IMG/VR virus record: IMGVR_UViG_3300028833_000062
Strand: one strand, 5' to 3'
Origin: an uncultured virus (IMG/VR IMGVR_UViG_3300028833_000062)
Taxonomy: Duplodnaviria > Heunggongvirae > Uroviricota > Caudoviricetes
Length of the DNA: 64,000 bases
Shown: one piece after another, positions 20,709 through 30,347 of the stretch
Numbering within the stretch: position 1 is the stretch's first letter
Layout: every line of letters starts with the position of its first letter
Notes under the pieces: model-generated
The model's input: only the letters and a program-made list of their open reading frames with translations
What the model was told of the DNA's origin: nothing
Database searches by the model: none
Made by a program: the position numbers and the translations under genes

Positions 20709-21673
20709 AGAAAATACTTATATTAGTAATGTCTTGTAAAGATGAATTTTTTCAAGAACAAGAAAAATTTATAGATCAGACCTGGGGTAAAGATGTTTTA
20801 GAAGGTAAATATCCTAATATAAAAATCATGAAATATCATGGTGGAGAAGATAAAAATGAAATTACATCTACAGAAATGAAATTACATTGTGAAGATGATA
20901 TAAATAATACTTTTAAAAAGACTTATTTAGCATTTTCATTAGCTAAAAAATATATGAATTATGATTATATTTTTAGAGTAAATACTTCTACATATGTAAA
21001 TATTGACCTTCTTAATAATTTTGTTCAAAATTTAAAAACTGATGATGTTCTTTGGTGTGCAGAACTTTATTCATTATCAGAATCAATGACTCCATTTCCA
21101 TTAAATCTTTTTGGACGAGGTAATGCTCTTTTATTTTCAAGTTATCTTATTGATATTATATTATCTCAAGGATTTTCATATTTATATTTTAATATGACTG
21201 ATGATAATACAATAGGAAATATTTTAAATTCTTATTGGATGAAAAATAATATGAATTATTTAGATCATATTAAGTCATTCCGTCATGGTTGGTTTAGATG
21301 TATTGGTAGTGATGTTATTACTAAAAATACAATATGTCAATGGAATAATAGTAATTGTTCTTTTGATTTTATGAAAAACTTTATGACAATTCAAATAAAA
21401 AGATATTGGGAAAGAGAAAAAGAAAATCAAAATTATATAGATTTATATAATAATTGTTTTAGAGATAATAAAGATAATAATATTCAAGAAGCAATAGATT
21501 TACAATATGAATATTCAAAAAATCCTAATGTTTTTATCGGTTCAATTCTTGGTTATATATCATATGATAAATGGTTAGAAATAGATAAACAATATTTATA
21601 TAAAACAGAAGTAAATAATAAAAGTATTGATGATATAAATAGAGGTAAAGGTAAAGATTTAATTATATTATGA
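20705..21673 (+). CDS. Putative glycosyltransferase (GT-A, galactosyltransferase-like)
   Basis: ILVMSC...QTW, KT..AF, YDYIFRVN.STYV and TDD..IG motifs. Confidence 0.55.
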   Translation: MKKILILVMSCKDEFFQEQEKFIDQTWGKDVLEGKYPNIKIMKYHGGEDKNEITSTEMKLHCEDDINNTFKKTYLAFSLAKKYMNYDYIFRVNTSTYVNIDLLNNFVQNLKTDDVLWCAELYSLSESMTPFPLNLFGRGNALLFSSYLIDIILSQGFSYLYFNMTDDNTIGNILNSYWMKNNMNYLDHIKSFRHGWFRCIGSDVITKNTICQWNNSNCSFDFMKNFMTIQIKRYWEREKENQNYIDLYNNCFRDNKDNNIQEAIDLQYEYSKNPNVFIGSILGYISYDKWLEIDKQYLYKTEVNNKSIDDINRGKGKDLIIL

Positions 21674-22404
21674 CAGATACAAGTATATATATATTAGCAT
21701 ATGATAAAGTAACATTATTAGATGATTCATTAAAAGTATTATATTGTGGTAAAACAGATAATACTGGAGATAATATATCTAATAAGAATGAGTATTTTGT
21801 TGAGACAACAGGAATTTATTGGATTTGGAAAAATACAAATAGTAAATATATTGGAAATATGCAATATAGAAGATTTTTAAGTATTAATCCAAGATATATT
21901 GAAAATATACTAAAAGATTATGATATAATATTAGCAAATCCAATTATATTTCCATATTCATTAAGGACTCAATACATGTATAAACATAATGTAAATGATA
22001 TTGATACAATAAAAAATATAATTAAAGATAAATTTCCAAGTTATTTAGATTCTTATGAAAAATATATTGAAAATGGAAATGTTCTTTTTTATAGTAATTC
22101 ATTTATAACTAAAAGGGAGATTTATAATGATTTATGTAATTTTTGTTTTTCTATTTTATTTGAATTCGAAAAAATATTTAATTTATCAAATAAAGAAGAT
22201 AGATTAAGACATGCAGCAGAAGCATTAAAATTATATCCTGAACAAAAAGAAGTAAGTCATTCTGGAGAAGATATTGTATTATATCAATCTAGATTTTGTG
22301 GATATTTATTTGAAAGATTATTAACATTATATATATATCATAATAAGTTGAATATATATTTATGTGGAAATTATATAAAATTAGAAGATAATATGAAAAT
22401 ATAA
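21670..22404 (+). CDS. DUF4422-family putative glycosyltransferase
   Basis: TGDNISNKN.YF.E.TG.YW.WKN, YIG..QYRRF and R..GYL.ERL motifs. Confidence 0.75.
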   Translation: MTDTSIYILAYDKVTLLDDSLKVLYCGKTDNTGDNISNKNEYFVETTGIYWIWKNTNSKYIGNMQYRRFLSINPRYIENILKDYDIILANPIIFPYSLRTQYMYKHNVNDIDTIKNIIKDKFPSYLDSYEKYIENGNVLFYSNSFITKREIYNDLCNFCFSILFEFEKIFNLSNKEDRLRHAAEALKLYPEQKEVSHSGEDIVLYQSRFCGYLFERLLTLYIYHNKLNIYLCGNYIKLEDNMKI

Positions 22405-22413
22405 GTAAAAATT

Positions 22414-22441
22414 TTGAATTTCCTCATTTTTGTTCTATATT
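22414..22441 (+). promoter_or_regulatory. Sigma70-like promoter TTGAAT-N16-TATATT
   Basis: Same architecture and identical downstream TATTAATGTAATTA at 39030-39070. Confidence 0.7.
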
Positions 22442-22468
22442 ATTAATGTAATTAAAACAAACAACATT

Positions 22469-23083
22469 ATGAAAAAGAACATCGATATTTTTTCCAAAGA
22501 TTATCAGAAACAACTTAAAGAACGTTATTCTATTGCTCTTGAGGATGTTTGGAAAAAAGATAGTAAGATGATTGATTGGGCAATGAAGCAGATTACATTC
22601 ATTGCTCCAATTTGTGACGGTAAATATTTAATTGAATTTACAAAACCCAATATTGAAACTGAATTCTGGTTTGGTGAATCTGATTGTGGACAGGGTTTTT
22701 CTCATGATGAGAATAATAAACGTATGAATAAAGTTAGGTTGACTTTGGAAGAATATTTCATTAATAAGAATATGGAAAGTATTAATAATGAAATTAATAC
22801 TATCAAAAATATTCTTAATGGAAAATCTTCAAATAAAGCTAAACATTATTTACAGTATTGGAATTCCCCTGCTGATTCTCCAATTCATGATTTTACTATC
22901 GAAAGTCCTTATTATAGAAGTGGAGTAAGTGGTGAAACTTATGATATTTCTAATAAAGATCTGAAAATCATTCTTAAAGCTCTTGAGCTTAATAAAGAGA
23001 GATTTATGACTCGATTGGTTTCTTATCTTAAGAAATATGGTACTAAAAAAATCCGTGTTAGTTCTTACTGGCTTGATAGGTAA
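22469..23083 (+). CDS. Hypothetical protein (putative early gene)
   Basis: ATG 34 nt after CTATATTA; open frame. Confidence 0.7.
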   Translation: MKKNIDIFSKDYQKQLKERYSIALEDVWKKDSKMIDWAMKQITFIAPICDGKYLIEFTKPNIETEFWFGESDCGQGFSHDENNKRMNKVRLTLEEYFINKNMESINNEINTIKNILNGKSSNKAKHYLQYWNSPADSPIHDFTIESPYYRSGVSGETYDISNKDLKIILKALELNKERFMTRLVSYLKKYGTKKIRVSSYWLDR

Positions 23084-23084
23084 T

Positions 23085-23546
23085 ATGAATAAATACATGA
23101 TTATTGCTTTACGTCAACGTGCTAAGCAAACAATAAAGGCATTTTCAAAACGTCTTGAGGAATATAATTCTATAACAAATTCAAATATTGATTTTCATAC
23201 ATTTTTTGTAGATGTTTTGAATTATTCTGAAGAAGATTATTTGAATTTACTTACTGTTAAAATTAAATTTGAAAAAATAAGAAAAGATAGAGAAACTCCT
23301 AAGAAGAAAAAAATAGACCAAAATAAATTAATTGAACATGGAATAGGAGATACAGAAAATCCTGAATATAAAAAATACTGGGATATTTTTACAGACTATA
23401 ATGAAAATTATCTTGGAGATGAATCTATTAAAGGTAAAAAATGCTTAAAGCAATATTTTATTTATAAATATAATTATGATGAAGATAAAGCTTATGCTGA
23501 ATCTAGAAAAATAACATCTATAATTTTTAAAAAGAAAAAGAAGTAA
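23085..23546 (+). CDS. Hypothetical protein
   Basis: Open frame in operon. Confidence 0.6.
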   Translation: MNKYMIIALRQRAKQTIKAFSKRLEEYNSITNSNIDFHTFFVDVLNYSEEDYLNLLTVKIKFEKIRKDRETPKKKKIDQNKLIEHGIGDTENPEYKKYWDIFTDYNENYLGDESIKGKKCLKQYFIYKYNYDEDKAYAESRKITSIIFKKKKK

Positions 23547-23548
23547 TT

Positions 23549-24172
23549 ATGGATAAGAGAGAATTTATTAGTTATCTTGGTGGTATTAGTGATATTGAAA
23601 TTGGTATTCGTAAAGAAGCTGCAAGTGTTCATGAAAATGTAAATCAACATTATGATGAACATCCTTATTTCTATCATCTTAATAAGGTTGCTACTAATGT
23701 AATTAAATTTGGTTATGAAATTATTACTAAAAAAGAAGATATTCTCCCTGTTCTTTTCAGCTCATATTTTCATGACTCTATTGAAGATGCAAGACTTACT
23801 TATAATGATGTAAGGAAAATTGCAGAGAAGTATATGACTGAAGAACAGGCATTTCTTGCTGTCGAGATTATATATGCTCTTACTAATGAAAAGGGAAGGA
23901 ATAGACATGAAAGAGCAAATGATAAATATTACGCAGGTATTCGTGATATTCCTTATGCTCCTCTTGTAAAAGCATGTGACCGCCTTTCTAATTATAACTT
24001 TGCTAAAGAAACAAAGTCTAGAATGGTAAAGATGTATGAAAAAGAAATGGATAATTTTATTAAAGCTATTTCACCACAAGATGAATATGAAAAATATCCT
24101 GGAGTTGTACCAATCGATAAAAGATTTACTTTAACTGAAGAATTAATCTCAGCTCTTATGAGTACAGAATAA
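23549..24172 (+). CDS. RelA/SpoT-type HD hydrolase (small alarmone hydrolase / Mesh1-like)
   Basis: H...Q.Y...PY..HL, FHDSIED, LT, VK.CDRL.N motifs of the HD_4 domain; no synthetase domain. Confidence 0.75.
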   Translation: MDKREFISYLGGISDIEIGIRKEAASVHENVNQHYDEHPYFYHLNKVATNVIKFGYEIITKKEDILPVLFSSYFHDSIEDARLTYNDVRKIAEKYMTEEQAFLAVEIIYALTNEKGRNRHERANDKYYAGIRDIPYAPLVKACDRLSNYNFAKETKSRMVKMYEKEMDNFIKAISPQDEYEKYPGVVPIDKRFTLTEELISALMSTE

Positions 24173-24191
24173 TGTTTGTTGTTTTAATTAC

Positions 24192-24222
24192 AAAAAAAGA
24201 GGTTCATTATTGAACCTCTTTT
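24192..24222. terminator. Bidirectional terminator (near-identical copy at 25146-25175)
   Basis: aaaagaggttca-ttat-tgaacctctttt. Confidence 0.85.
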
Positions 24223-24225
24223 AAA

Positions 24226-25113
24226 TTAATCATGATACCATTTAGGAGGATTTTTTTGTAAAGGAGATTCTTTAAACATACGTAGCATATTTGTAACATT
24301 ACTTACATTCCACTTTGATATATCCCCATTAAATTTAGAATTTAAAAACATACAATACATATTAGTAACTTTACTTACATCCCAAGATGATATATCTCCA
24401 TTAAATTCAGTCTTACTAAACATACTTGCCATACTTGTAACATTACTTACATCCCATTTTGATATATCACCATTAAATTTAGAATTATAAAACATACTAT
24501 TCATACCTGTAACATTGCTTACATTCCAAGATGATATATCACTATTAAAATCAGAATCACAAAACATTGCCGACATATCAGTAACATTACTTACATCCCA
24601 AGAAGATATATCTCCATTAAATGATGAATAATAAAACATCTGTGACATATCAGTAACATTACTTACATCCCAAGAAGATATATTTCCATTAAATAATGAA
24701 TGATAAAACATAGAAATCATATCTTTAACATTACTTACATCCCAAGATGATATATCACCATTAAATTCAGAACCAGAAAACATTCTTTGCATATTAGTAA
24801 CATTACTTACATCCCAAGATGATATATTTCCATTAAATTTAGAATTATAGAACATACTATCCATATTAGTAACATTACTTACATCCCAAGATGATATATT
24901 TCCATTAAATTTAGAATTATAGAACATACTATCCATATTAGTAACATTACTTACATCAATATCATTTAAATCAGCCTTATTTCCTCTTTCTTCAATAAGT
25001 TTATCTACTAAAGATTTAAGTTCATCTCTATCTTTAGGTTGATAATTATGTATTGGTTTAATATTTTTATTAAGATGAAGTTTTTCAAATAAGTAATTAT
25101 TTAATTCTTTCAT
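24226..25113 (-). CDS. DUF285/BspA-type surface-repeat protein with capsid-targeting-like leader
   Basis: About 9 tandem 24-aa repeats FNGDISSWDVSNVT.M..MF; N-terminus MKELNNYLFEKLHLNKNI. Confidence 0.85.
   Translation of the reverse strand: MKELNNYLFEKLHLNKNIKPIHNYQPKDRDELKSLVDKLIEERGNKADLNDIDVSNVTNMDSMFYNSKFNGNISSWDVSNVTNMDSMFYNSKFNGNISSWDVSNVTNMQRMFSGSEFNGDISSWDVSNVKDMISMFYHSLFNGNISSWDVSNVTDMSQMFYYSSFNGDISSWDVSNVTDMSAMFCDSDFNSDISSWNVSNVTGMNSMFYNSKFNGDISKWDVSNVTSMASMFSKTEFNGDISSWDVSKVTNMYCMFLNSKFNGDISKWNVSNVTNMLRMFKESPLQKNPPKWYHD
24280..24960 (-). repeat. 72-bp tandem coding repeats
   Basis: Repeating taacattacttacatcccaaga.gatatat...ccattaaat units, some identical. Confidence 0.9.
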
Positions 25114-25145
25114 TATATGTATAATATATTATTATATATAAAAAT

Positions 25146-25175
25146 AAAAAAGAGGTTCATTTATTGAACCTCTTT
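25146..25175. terminator. Terminator, near-identical to 24192-24222
   Basis: aaaagaggttca-tttat-tgaacctcttt. Confidence 0.8.
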
Positions 25176-25194
25176 CTATTTATATTTTAGTAAA

Positions 25195-26472
25195 TTATTT
25201 TTCAAGCATTGCAAGTTCTTTAGCTGCTTTATTAAGAAGAGTAATCTTAACAGGATCATTCTTATATTGTTCTGCTAAAAGAGCAATCTTCTTTCTTCTT
25301 GCTGCGAATGCTGCTTCTTTATCAGCTTCAAGTTGTTCCTTGATTTGCTGATATTTTTCGGGATCAGCTTTCTTACAATCTTCATTGATTCTATTTTCAT
25401 AAACTTCTTTAAGATCAATACCTGTTACTTTAATAACATCCTTAAGAGCTTCTACCATAAAATCATAAGATTTAACTGAAGTACCAGCATTAAGTGAACG
25501 GTTAACTGAAAGAACTACATTATTACCTTCGATAATTGTGCAAATTTCACCTGTAGATGTCTGAAGAACATTAACATTATCAAGAGCGCGTACATTATCA
25601 TAAGCTTCAAATACTTCTGCAATAGCACTTGTAACATTCATCCAATTCATCTTTTCATTTAATGACATTGGTTTAGAAACTGTATTACAATACTGAATAA
25701 AATCAGCTGCATTACTAAAGCTTTCTTTAAGATCACCTTTTGTAAATACAAGACCTTCATCAGTTAAAGTAAATCTTGCTGTATCTCCATGAGTACCTTT
25801 ATATTCATAGAAAATAGAATTATCTTCTCTAGAGAAACTTTCAAGAAGAGCATTAATTCTCTTGAATTTAATATCATCACAAACAGCTTCAGTAATATTA
25901 TTTTCTTCATCTCTCTTATAAGTTTTACCAAGAACTGAGAAATAAGAATCTTTCTTATCTTCACTTTCTGTAACTACTACATAAGAAATAGGAGTTGTAA
26001 CAACATATGTAGGAGCATGCATTTCATTAAGAGTTGAAGCATAAACATTCTTAAGAATCTGTCTAAATTCAGGAATAAATGTAAGGTTCTTCATTGCACC
26101 AGCTTTAAGATATGATACAACTTCACTTTCATTCATTTCAAGAAGTTTATCTACTTGTTCAAGTCCCATCTTTGAAAGATAACCATAACTTGAATTATTA
26201 GCATTGATTGATTCACAAGCTGTTGCAAGTTGCCAAGAAATATTATTTTCTTTAATAAAACTATTAACAGATTCTAAAATTCCTACCAAACCTGCATCGA
26301 AACTAAATTTAGCTGCTTCTTTAATAAAGCCATTAACGATACCACAGGTAACTGGATTAGAATAAATATATCCTCTGTAGTTTTGTAACATTTCTTTACC
26401 TGCTTCGGTAACTGCTTCAGTTCCGTTTATCTTACTTGCGAAGTCCAGGTTTTTTAGTAATTTTATATTCAT
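25195..26472 (-). CDS. Putative head/core structural protein
   Basis: 425 aa with many [LIVM]xE-[SA] sites (VTEA, MNES, VTES, ITEA, LKES) typical of prohead-protease substrates. Confidence 0.4.
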   Translation of the reverse strand: MNIKLLKNLDFASKINGTEAVTEAGKEMLQNYRGYIYSNPVTCGIVNGFIKEAAKFSFDAGLVGILESVNSFIKENNISWQLATACESINANNSSYGYLSKMGLEQVDKLLEMNESEVVSYLKAGAMKNLTFIPEFRQILKNVYASTLNEMHAPTYVVTTPISYVVVTESEDKKDSYFSVLGKTYKRDEENNITEAVCDDIKFKRINALLESFSREDNSIFYEYKGTHGDTARFTLTDEGLVFTKGDLKESFSNAADFIQYCNTVSKPMSLNEKMNWMNVTSAIAEVFEAYDNVRALDNVNVLQTSTGEICTIIEGNNVVLSVNRSLNAGTSVKSYDFMVEALKDVIKVTGIDLKEVYENRINEDCKKADPEKYQQIKEQLEADKEAAFAARRKKIALLAEQYKNDPVKITLLNKAAKELAMLEK

Positions 26473-26566
26473 AGTTTTAATATATTTGGTATATTTATAG
26501 AATTTGTAGATTAATTCTACTTTTTATATATAATAATAAAATAATTTTAAAATGTATGATTATTTA

Positions 26567-26788
26567 TTATATTTTTGTTTTAATATCTTTAATGTCACCA
26601 ATTTTAATAACAATTGTATTTTCACTACATTTTGCTATTTCCCAATCATCAATTTGATTCCATTCATCAAAATCATCATCATCTGGTCTATGCCAAAAGA
26701 ATTTACCTCTTAAATCAACTTCTAAAATATATCCTTTACCATTATTATTTATATTTTCATTTAAAAGGAGTTCAACTAAATTTTTCAT
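26567..26788 (-). CDS. Small protein with capsid-targeting-like leader
   Basis: N-terminus MKNLVELLLNE. Confidence 0.65.
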   Translation of the reverse strand: MKNLVELLLNENINNNGKGYILEVDLRGKFFWHRPDDDDFDEWNQIDDWEIAKCSENTIVIKIGDIKDIKTKI

Positions 26789-26812
26789 AATTATATTATA
26801 TATTTATTTATT

Positions 26813-27100
26813 TTATACTTTCCAACCAACTGATGTACCAACAGCAGTAAGTATAAGTCTTGATGTAAATAAACTTCCAAGAGGACCAGTTTCGTTAATA
26901 CCAAGAGCCTTACAAATTGCTTTCATAACTTTAGGGCCAAATGTAGCACCAGTAATACCACCAACTATAGATCCTATAATTCCTTCTTCAATTGGAATAT
27001 TATTTTCTTTAGCCTCTTGAAGTTTAGCAATTACATTATCATAAGTTAATTCCTCTGTAATAGGAGTTTCAGTATTTATAAAATCTTCTAATTTTTTCAT
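26813..27100 (-). CDS. Small hydrophobic Gly-rich protein with capsid-targeting-like leader
   Basis: MKKLEDFINTE...IEE/GIIGSIVGGITG. Confidence 0.7.
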   Translation of the reverse strand: MKKLEDFINTETPITEELTYDNVIAKLQEAKENNIPIEEGIIGSIVGGITGATFGPKVMKAICKALGINETGPLGSLFTSRLILTAVGTSVGWKV

Positions 27101-27105
27101 ATTAA

Positions 27106-27534
27106 TTATTTAATGATTTTATCTATATCAAAATCAAATTCATCTTTATTATCAACTAAATTCTTTATAATTTCATCTTTTGTTCCTATAAAAACTTGAT
27201 TATCTTCTTCAGAATTTCCAGCAATAGCATTTAATCCAGGACGATAAAAAATATAACTTGTTTCATCATATATATTTTTAAAAATTAAATCACCAACCTT
27301 AGGTTTATTATTACCTTTATCAGCAAAATAATTACTATTATCATATATAAAGTATTCTTCAATAAATTCTTTCATAGAAGAACCTTCTTTAAAATCATCA
27401 TTTGTTAATATATGATAAGGTTCAATCTCTTTAATTAATTTATTTAATTTACTTTGTGCATTGATTTCTTTATAATCAATTATATAATATATATCTTTTT
27501 TTGTTTCTAAAATATAATCTTTTAAACTTTTCAT
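27106..27534 (-). CDS. Protein with capsid-targeting-like leader
   Basis: MKSLKDYILE. Confidence 0.7.
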   Translation of the reverse strand: MKSLKDYILETKKDIYYIIDYKEINAQSKLNKLIKEIEPYHILTNDDFKEGSSMKEFIEEYFIYDNSNYFADKGNNKPKVGDLIFKNIYDETSYIFYRPGLNAIAGNSEEDNQVFIGTKDEIIKNLVDNKDEFDFDIDKIIK

Positions 27535-27554
27535 ATTAATTATTTAATAATTTT

Positions 27555-28325
27555 TTATAGTTTTTTACCAAGATTATTTATTGGATGAGGAAATTCATTT
27601 TTCTTTGCAAGTTCTTCTAAATCTTTTTCATACTTCTCTTTTTCAAAAACAATTGTAAATAAGAAAGTATAAAGATCATCAAGATTATCAATAGCAACAT
27701 CAAGTACTTGAGCCCAAGTAATTTCTTTTCTCTTTTCAAGTTTAGTTAAAGTATCTGCTGCATTAAGTAAAGAATTTTTTATAGAACATTCTTTACCATT
27801 AGTACCCATATGTTTAATAGCAAATAATTGAATATCACCATTAGCTCTTAATAAAAGTACAGGTTCTGATAATTTTTCATCTTTACATATAGATAATATA
27901 TCATTTCTTAATTTAGGACTCATACACATATTTCCCATATTAGAACATGGTTCATAAAATACAAGTGGTTCTGAATTGCTTCTTTGATATTCATCATTGA
28001 ATCTGCATTTATAACTAAATTCTCCATGTGCATTATATAAATCCATTACTTTAGGATAACCTGAAAAAATCTGTGTATATTTTGTAACAGGATCTAATGG
28101 AGTACATGAACTAGGTTCTAAAGTATTTGCACATGGAACGCAAGGATCAACAGTACATGATGCTTCACCAGGAATATCACATCCATAAGAGCAACCATCA
28201 TCACAACATCCACAACATTCAGTTATTTCATATCCTTCAAGATTAGAAAGTTTTTCTACAATATTCTTATCTAATCCCTTTAAACATATATATTGATTAT
28301 TTATATATTCAGATAATTTTTTCAT
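27555..28325 (-). CDS. Cys-rich protein with capsid-targeting-like leader
   Basis: MKKLSEYIN...ITE/CCGCCDDGCSYGC. Confidence 0.7.
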   Translation of the reverse strand: MKKLSEYINNQYICLKGLDKNIVEKLSNLEGYEITECCGCCDDGCSYGCDIPGEASCTVDPCVPCANTLEPSSCTPLDPVTKYTQIFSGYPKVMDLYNAHGEFSYKCRFNDEYQRSNSEPLVFYEPCSNMGNMCMSPKLRNDILSICKDEKLSEPVLLLRANGDIQLFAIKHMGTNGKECSIKNSLLNAADTLTKLEKRKEITWAQVLDVAIDNLDDLYTFLFTIVFEKEKYEKDLEELAKKNEFPHPINNLGKKL

Positions 28326-28379
28326 ATCTTAATATTATATAATTTTCTATTAAACTTTAGAAAATGTAGTAATTCTAAT

Positions 28380-28727
28380 TTATTTTACTAATTCTAATAC
28401 TTTAGCTATAACCTTTTTAAAGATTTCACCAGCCTTTTCAGGTTCATTTTTAAATAATTGTAAACAAACTGCACTATGATAAGCATCATATATTTTATTA
28501 TTTATTTCTTTATCCCATTTTGGAGATTCAAAATAAACATCTAAAGCATTCATAGCTACATCATGAATCTTATTTACATCATCATTATTTTTAACATCTA
28601 AATCTTTAACATCATCATATTGAGATGATAATTCATTAACCGATATTGCTTTATTTTCATTTATATTAAAATCAATATCAATTGTATTTGCACTTGCATT
28701 GTTTAAATATTCATTTAAGCTTTTCAT
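28380..28727 (-). CDS. Protein with capsid-targeting-like leader
   Basis: MKSLNEYLN. Confidence 0.7.
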   Translation of the reverse strand: MKSLNEYLNNASANTIDIDFNINENKAISVNELSSQYDDVKDLDVKNNDDVNKIHDVAMNALDVYFESPKWDKEINNKIYDAYHSAVCLQLFKNEPEKAGEIFKKVIAKVLELVK

Positions 28728-28744
28728 ATCTTTATATTATTTAT

Positions 28745-28957
28745 TTAATCAAAATATCCACAAGCATCCATTTCATCATAAAGTTCTTCTAAAGTTTTGT
28801 CTGTAAATGTATCCCACAAAAGATTTAAAATTTCTTCTGTATCTAATTTAGAAAAAGCTTTATTCATTTTTTCTTTATAATTATCTCTTTCTGATTGAGA
28901 CCATTCATTAATTACTTGTTCATCAGTATGATTTAAATATTCATTTAAGTTTTTCAT
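28745..28957 (-). CDS. Small protein with capsid-targeting-like leader
   Basis: MKNLNEYLN...VINE. Confidence 0.7.
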   Translation of the reverse strand: MKNLNEYLNHTDEQVINEWSQSERDNYKEKMNKAFSKLDTEEILNLLWDTFTDKTLEELYDEMDACGYFD

Positions 28958-29003
28958 ATCTTTATATTATTTATTTATATAATTTTCCATTGAGTTTCAT
29001 AAA

Positions 29004-29483
29004 TTAATCCCAAGCGGCATCATCATATTCTTTTGTTCTTCTTATATTTTTATAACCATTATCAGTATATGAAAGTTTAGTATAAAGATTATTTATTAAT
29101 TCATAAATAAATCCATAAGGTTTTCCAGGATCTTTTCTTTCAGAACATTGATACTGCCAACTGTCTAGCCATTTTAATATTTGTACCTCTGAAACTTTTT
29201 CTTTAGGTTCAGAATATTTAAATGTAGATTTTGCTGCTTCTGATTTTCCATATCTATAACTTATTGCACGACGATTACAATTATATAAATCATTTGCAAT
29301 TGTTTGTTCATCTGCATCATCATACCATTTTATGTATGTTTTAGTAATTTTTGAAAGTAAATCAGATTTATTTATAAATAAGTCATGAATATATTTTGCT
29401 AATTGATTAATTACTTCATCACTTTCCATAAATGCAGATTCATTAATGAGTGATTCATTTAAATATTCATTTAAGTTTTTCAT
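29004..29483 (-). CDS. Protein with capsid-targeting-like leader
   Basis: MKNLNEYLNESLINES. Confidence 0.7.
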   Translation of the reverse strand: MKNLNEYLNESLINESAFMESDEVINQLAKYIHDLFINKSDLLSKITKTYIKWYDDADEQTIANDLYNCNRRAISYRYGKSEAAKSTFKYSEPKEKVSEVQILKWLDSWQYQCSERKDPGKPYGFIYELINNLYTKLSYTDNGYKNIRRTKEYDDAAWD

Positions 29484-29491
29484 ATCTTATA

Positions 29492-29893
29492 TTATATAAT
29501 TTTCCATTGAGTTTCAGAAACTGTAGTGATTCTCATATTATCAAGACCTTGTTTAAGATAAAGGTCAAGAATCTTTTGAAGTTCTGTATTGTTATTAGCA
29601 TAAAAAGGAACAGGATATTTAAGAGTCTTTATTGTTCCATCTTCCTGTTCTACTTCTTCTGCAAATTTTACTATAAATACTTTGCATGTTTCTTGATATT
29701 CTATATTACCAGCTGGTTTAAGATTCTTCATAAGACATACATCTTCAATCTCTCCTTCACCATTTAAATATTTTAATACAGCATATCCTGCTTCTGCAAA
29801 ATTATTTTGATCACTAAGATAATACTCAGTGATAGGTTTTTCTTTACCTTTAGTGGTTAATATATTTCTACTTACCTTAACTCTGTACCACAT
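29492..29893 (-). CDS. DUF4494-like protein (Bacteroidota family)
   Basis: W...KV.......G.EK.ITE.YL.D...F.EA duplicated-domain pattern, C-terminal VSET. Confidence 0.6.
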   Translation of the reverse strand: MWYRVKVSRNILTTKGKEKPITEYYLSDQNNFAEAGYAVLKYLNGEGEIEDVCLMKNLKPAGNIEYQETCKVFIVKFAEEVEQEDGTIKTLKYPVPFYANNNTELQKILDLYLKQGLDNMRITTVSETQWKII

Positions 29894-29905
29894 AATTATT
29901 ATATA

Positions 29906-30340
29906 TTATATACTTTCTAAATCTATCCATCCGTATTTGCTACTATCTAATTTATCCTGAATTTTTTCAATAAAATCAATAAAAGAATAAATTACATAAT
30001 CTCTTGATGGATCAAATTCATCATCATCACCTTTATAATATTTAATATCATCTAAATCTGGATAAAGATTATTTATATATTTTTTAAAAATTTCTATTTC
30101 CATTTTTAATTCATCTTCTCTTTCTTTAGATTTATAGTTAGTTTCAAAATCTTCTCTTCTTTGAATACTTAAAAACTCTCCAATAGATTTATCATCATTA
30201 TTTATTATAAAAAATTGTTCACCACTAACACCATTATCGTCATAATGATACTGGAAAACTAATAATTTAATATCATCTATTTTTATATTTTTATTAAGAT
30301 GAAGTTTTTCTGAAATTAAATATTCATTTAAAGTTTTCAT
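29906..30340 (-). CDS. Protein with capsid-targeting-like leader (KLHLNK subtype)
   Basis: MKTLNEYLISEKLHLNKNI. Confidence 0.7.
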   Translation of the reverse strand: MKTLNEYLISEKLHLNKNIKIDDIKLLVFQYHYDDNGVSGEQFFIINNDDKSIGEFLSIQRREDFETNYKSKEREDELKMEIEIFKKYINNLYPDLDDIKYYKGDDDEFDPSRDYVIYSFIDFIEKIQDKLDSSKYGWIDLESI

Positions 30341-30347
30341 ATATTAT

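Larger units (their letters stand above)
28702..29516. repeat. Dispersed direct repeats spanning gene starts
   Basis: 28702-28747 matches 28932-28977 (46 nt, 1 mismatch); 28931-28962 = 29457-29488 (32 nt); 28975-28999 = 29492-29516 (25 nt). Confidence 0.9.

Noticed and set aside
24280..24960. CRISPR array or DGR template/variable repeats
   Set aside because: The repeats are in-frame 72-bp coding units without unique spacers; no cas or reverse transcriptase gene was seen.
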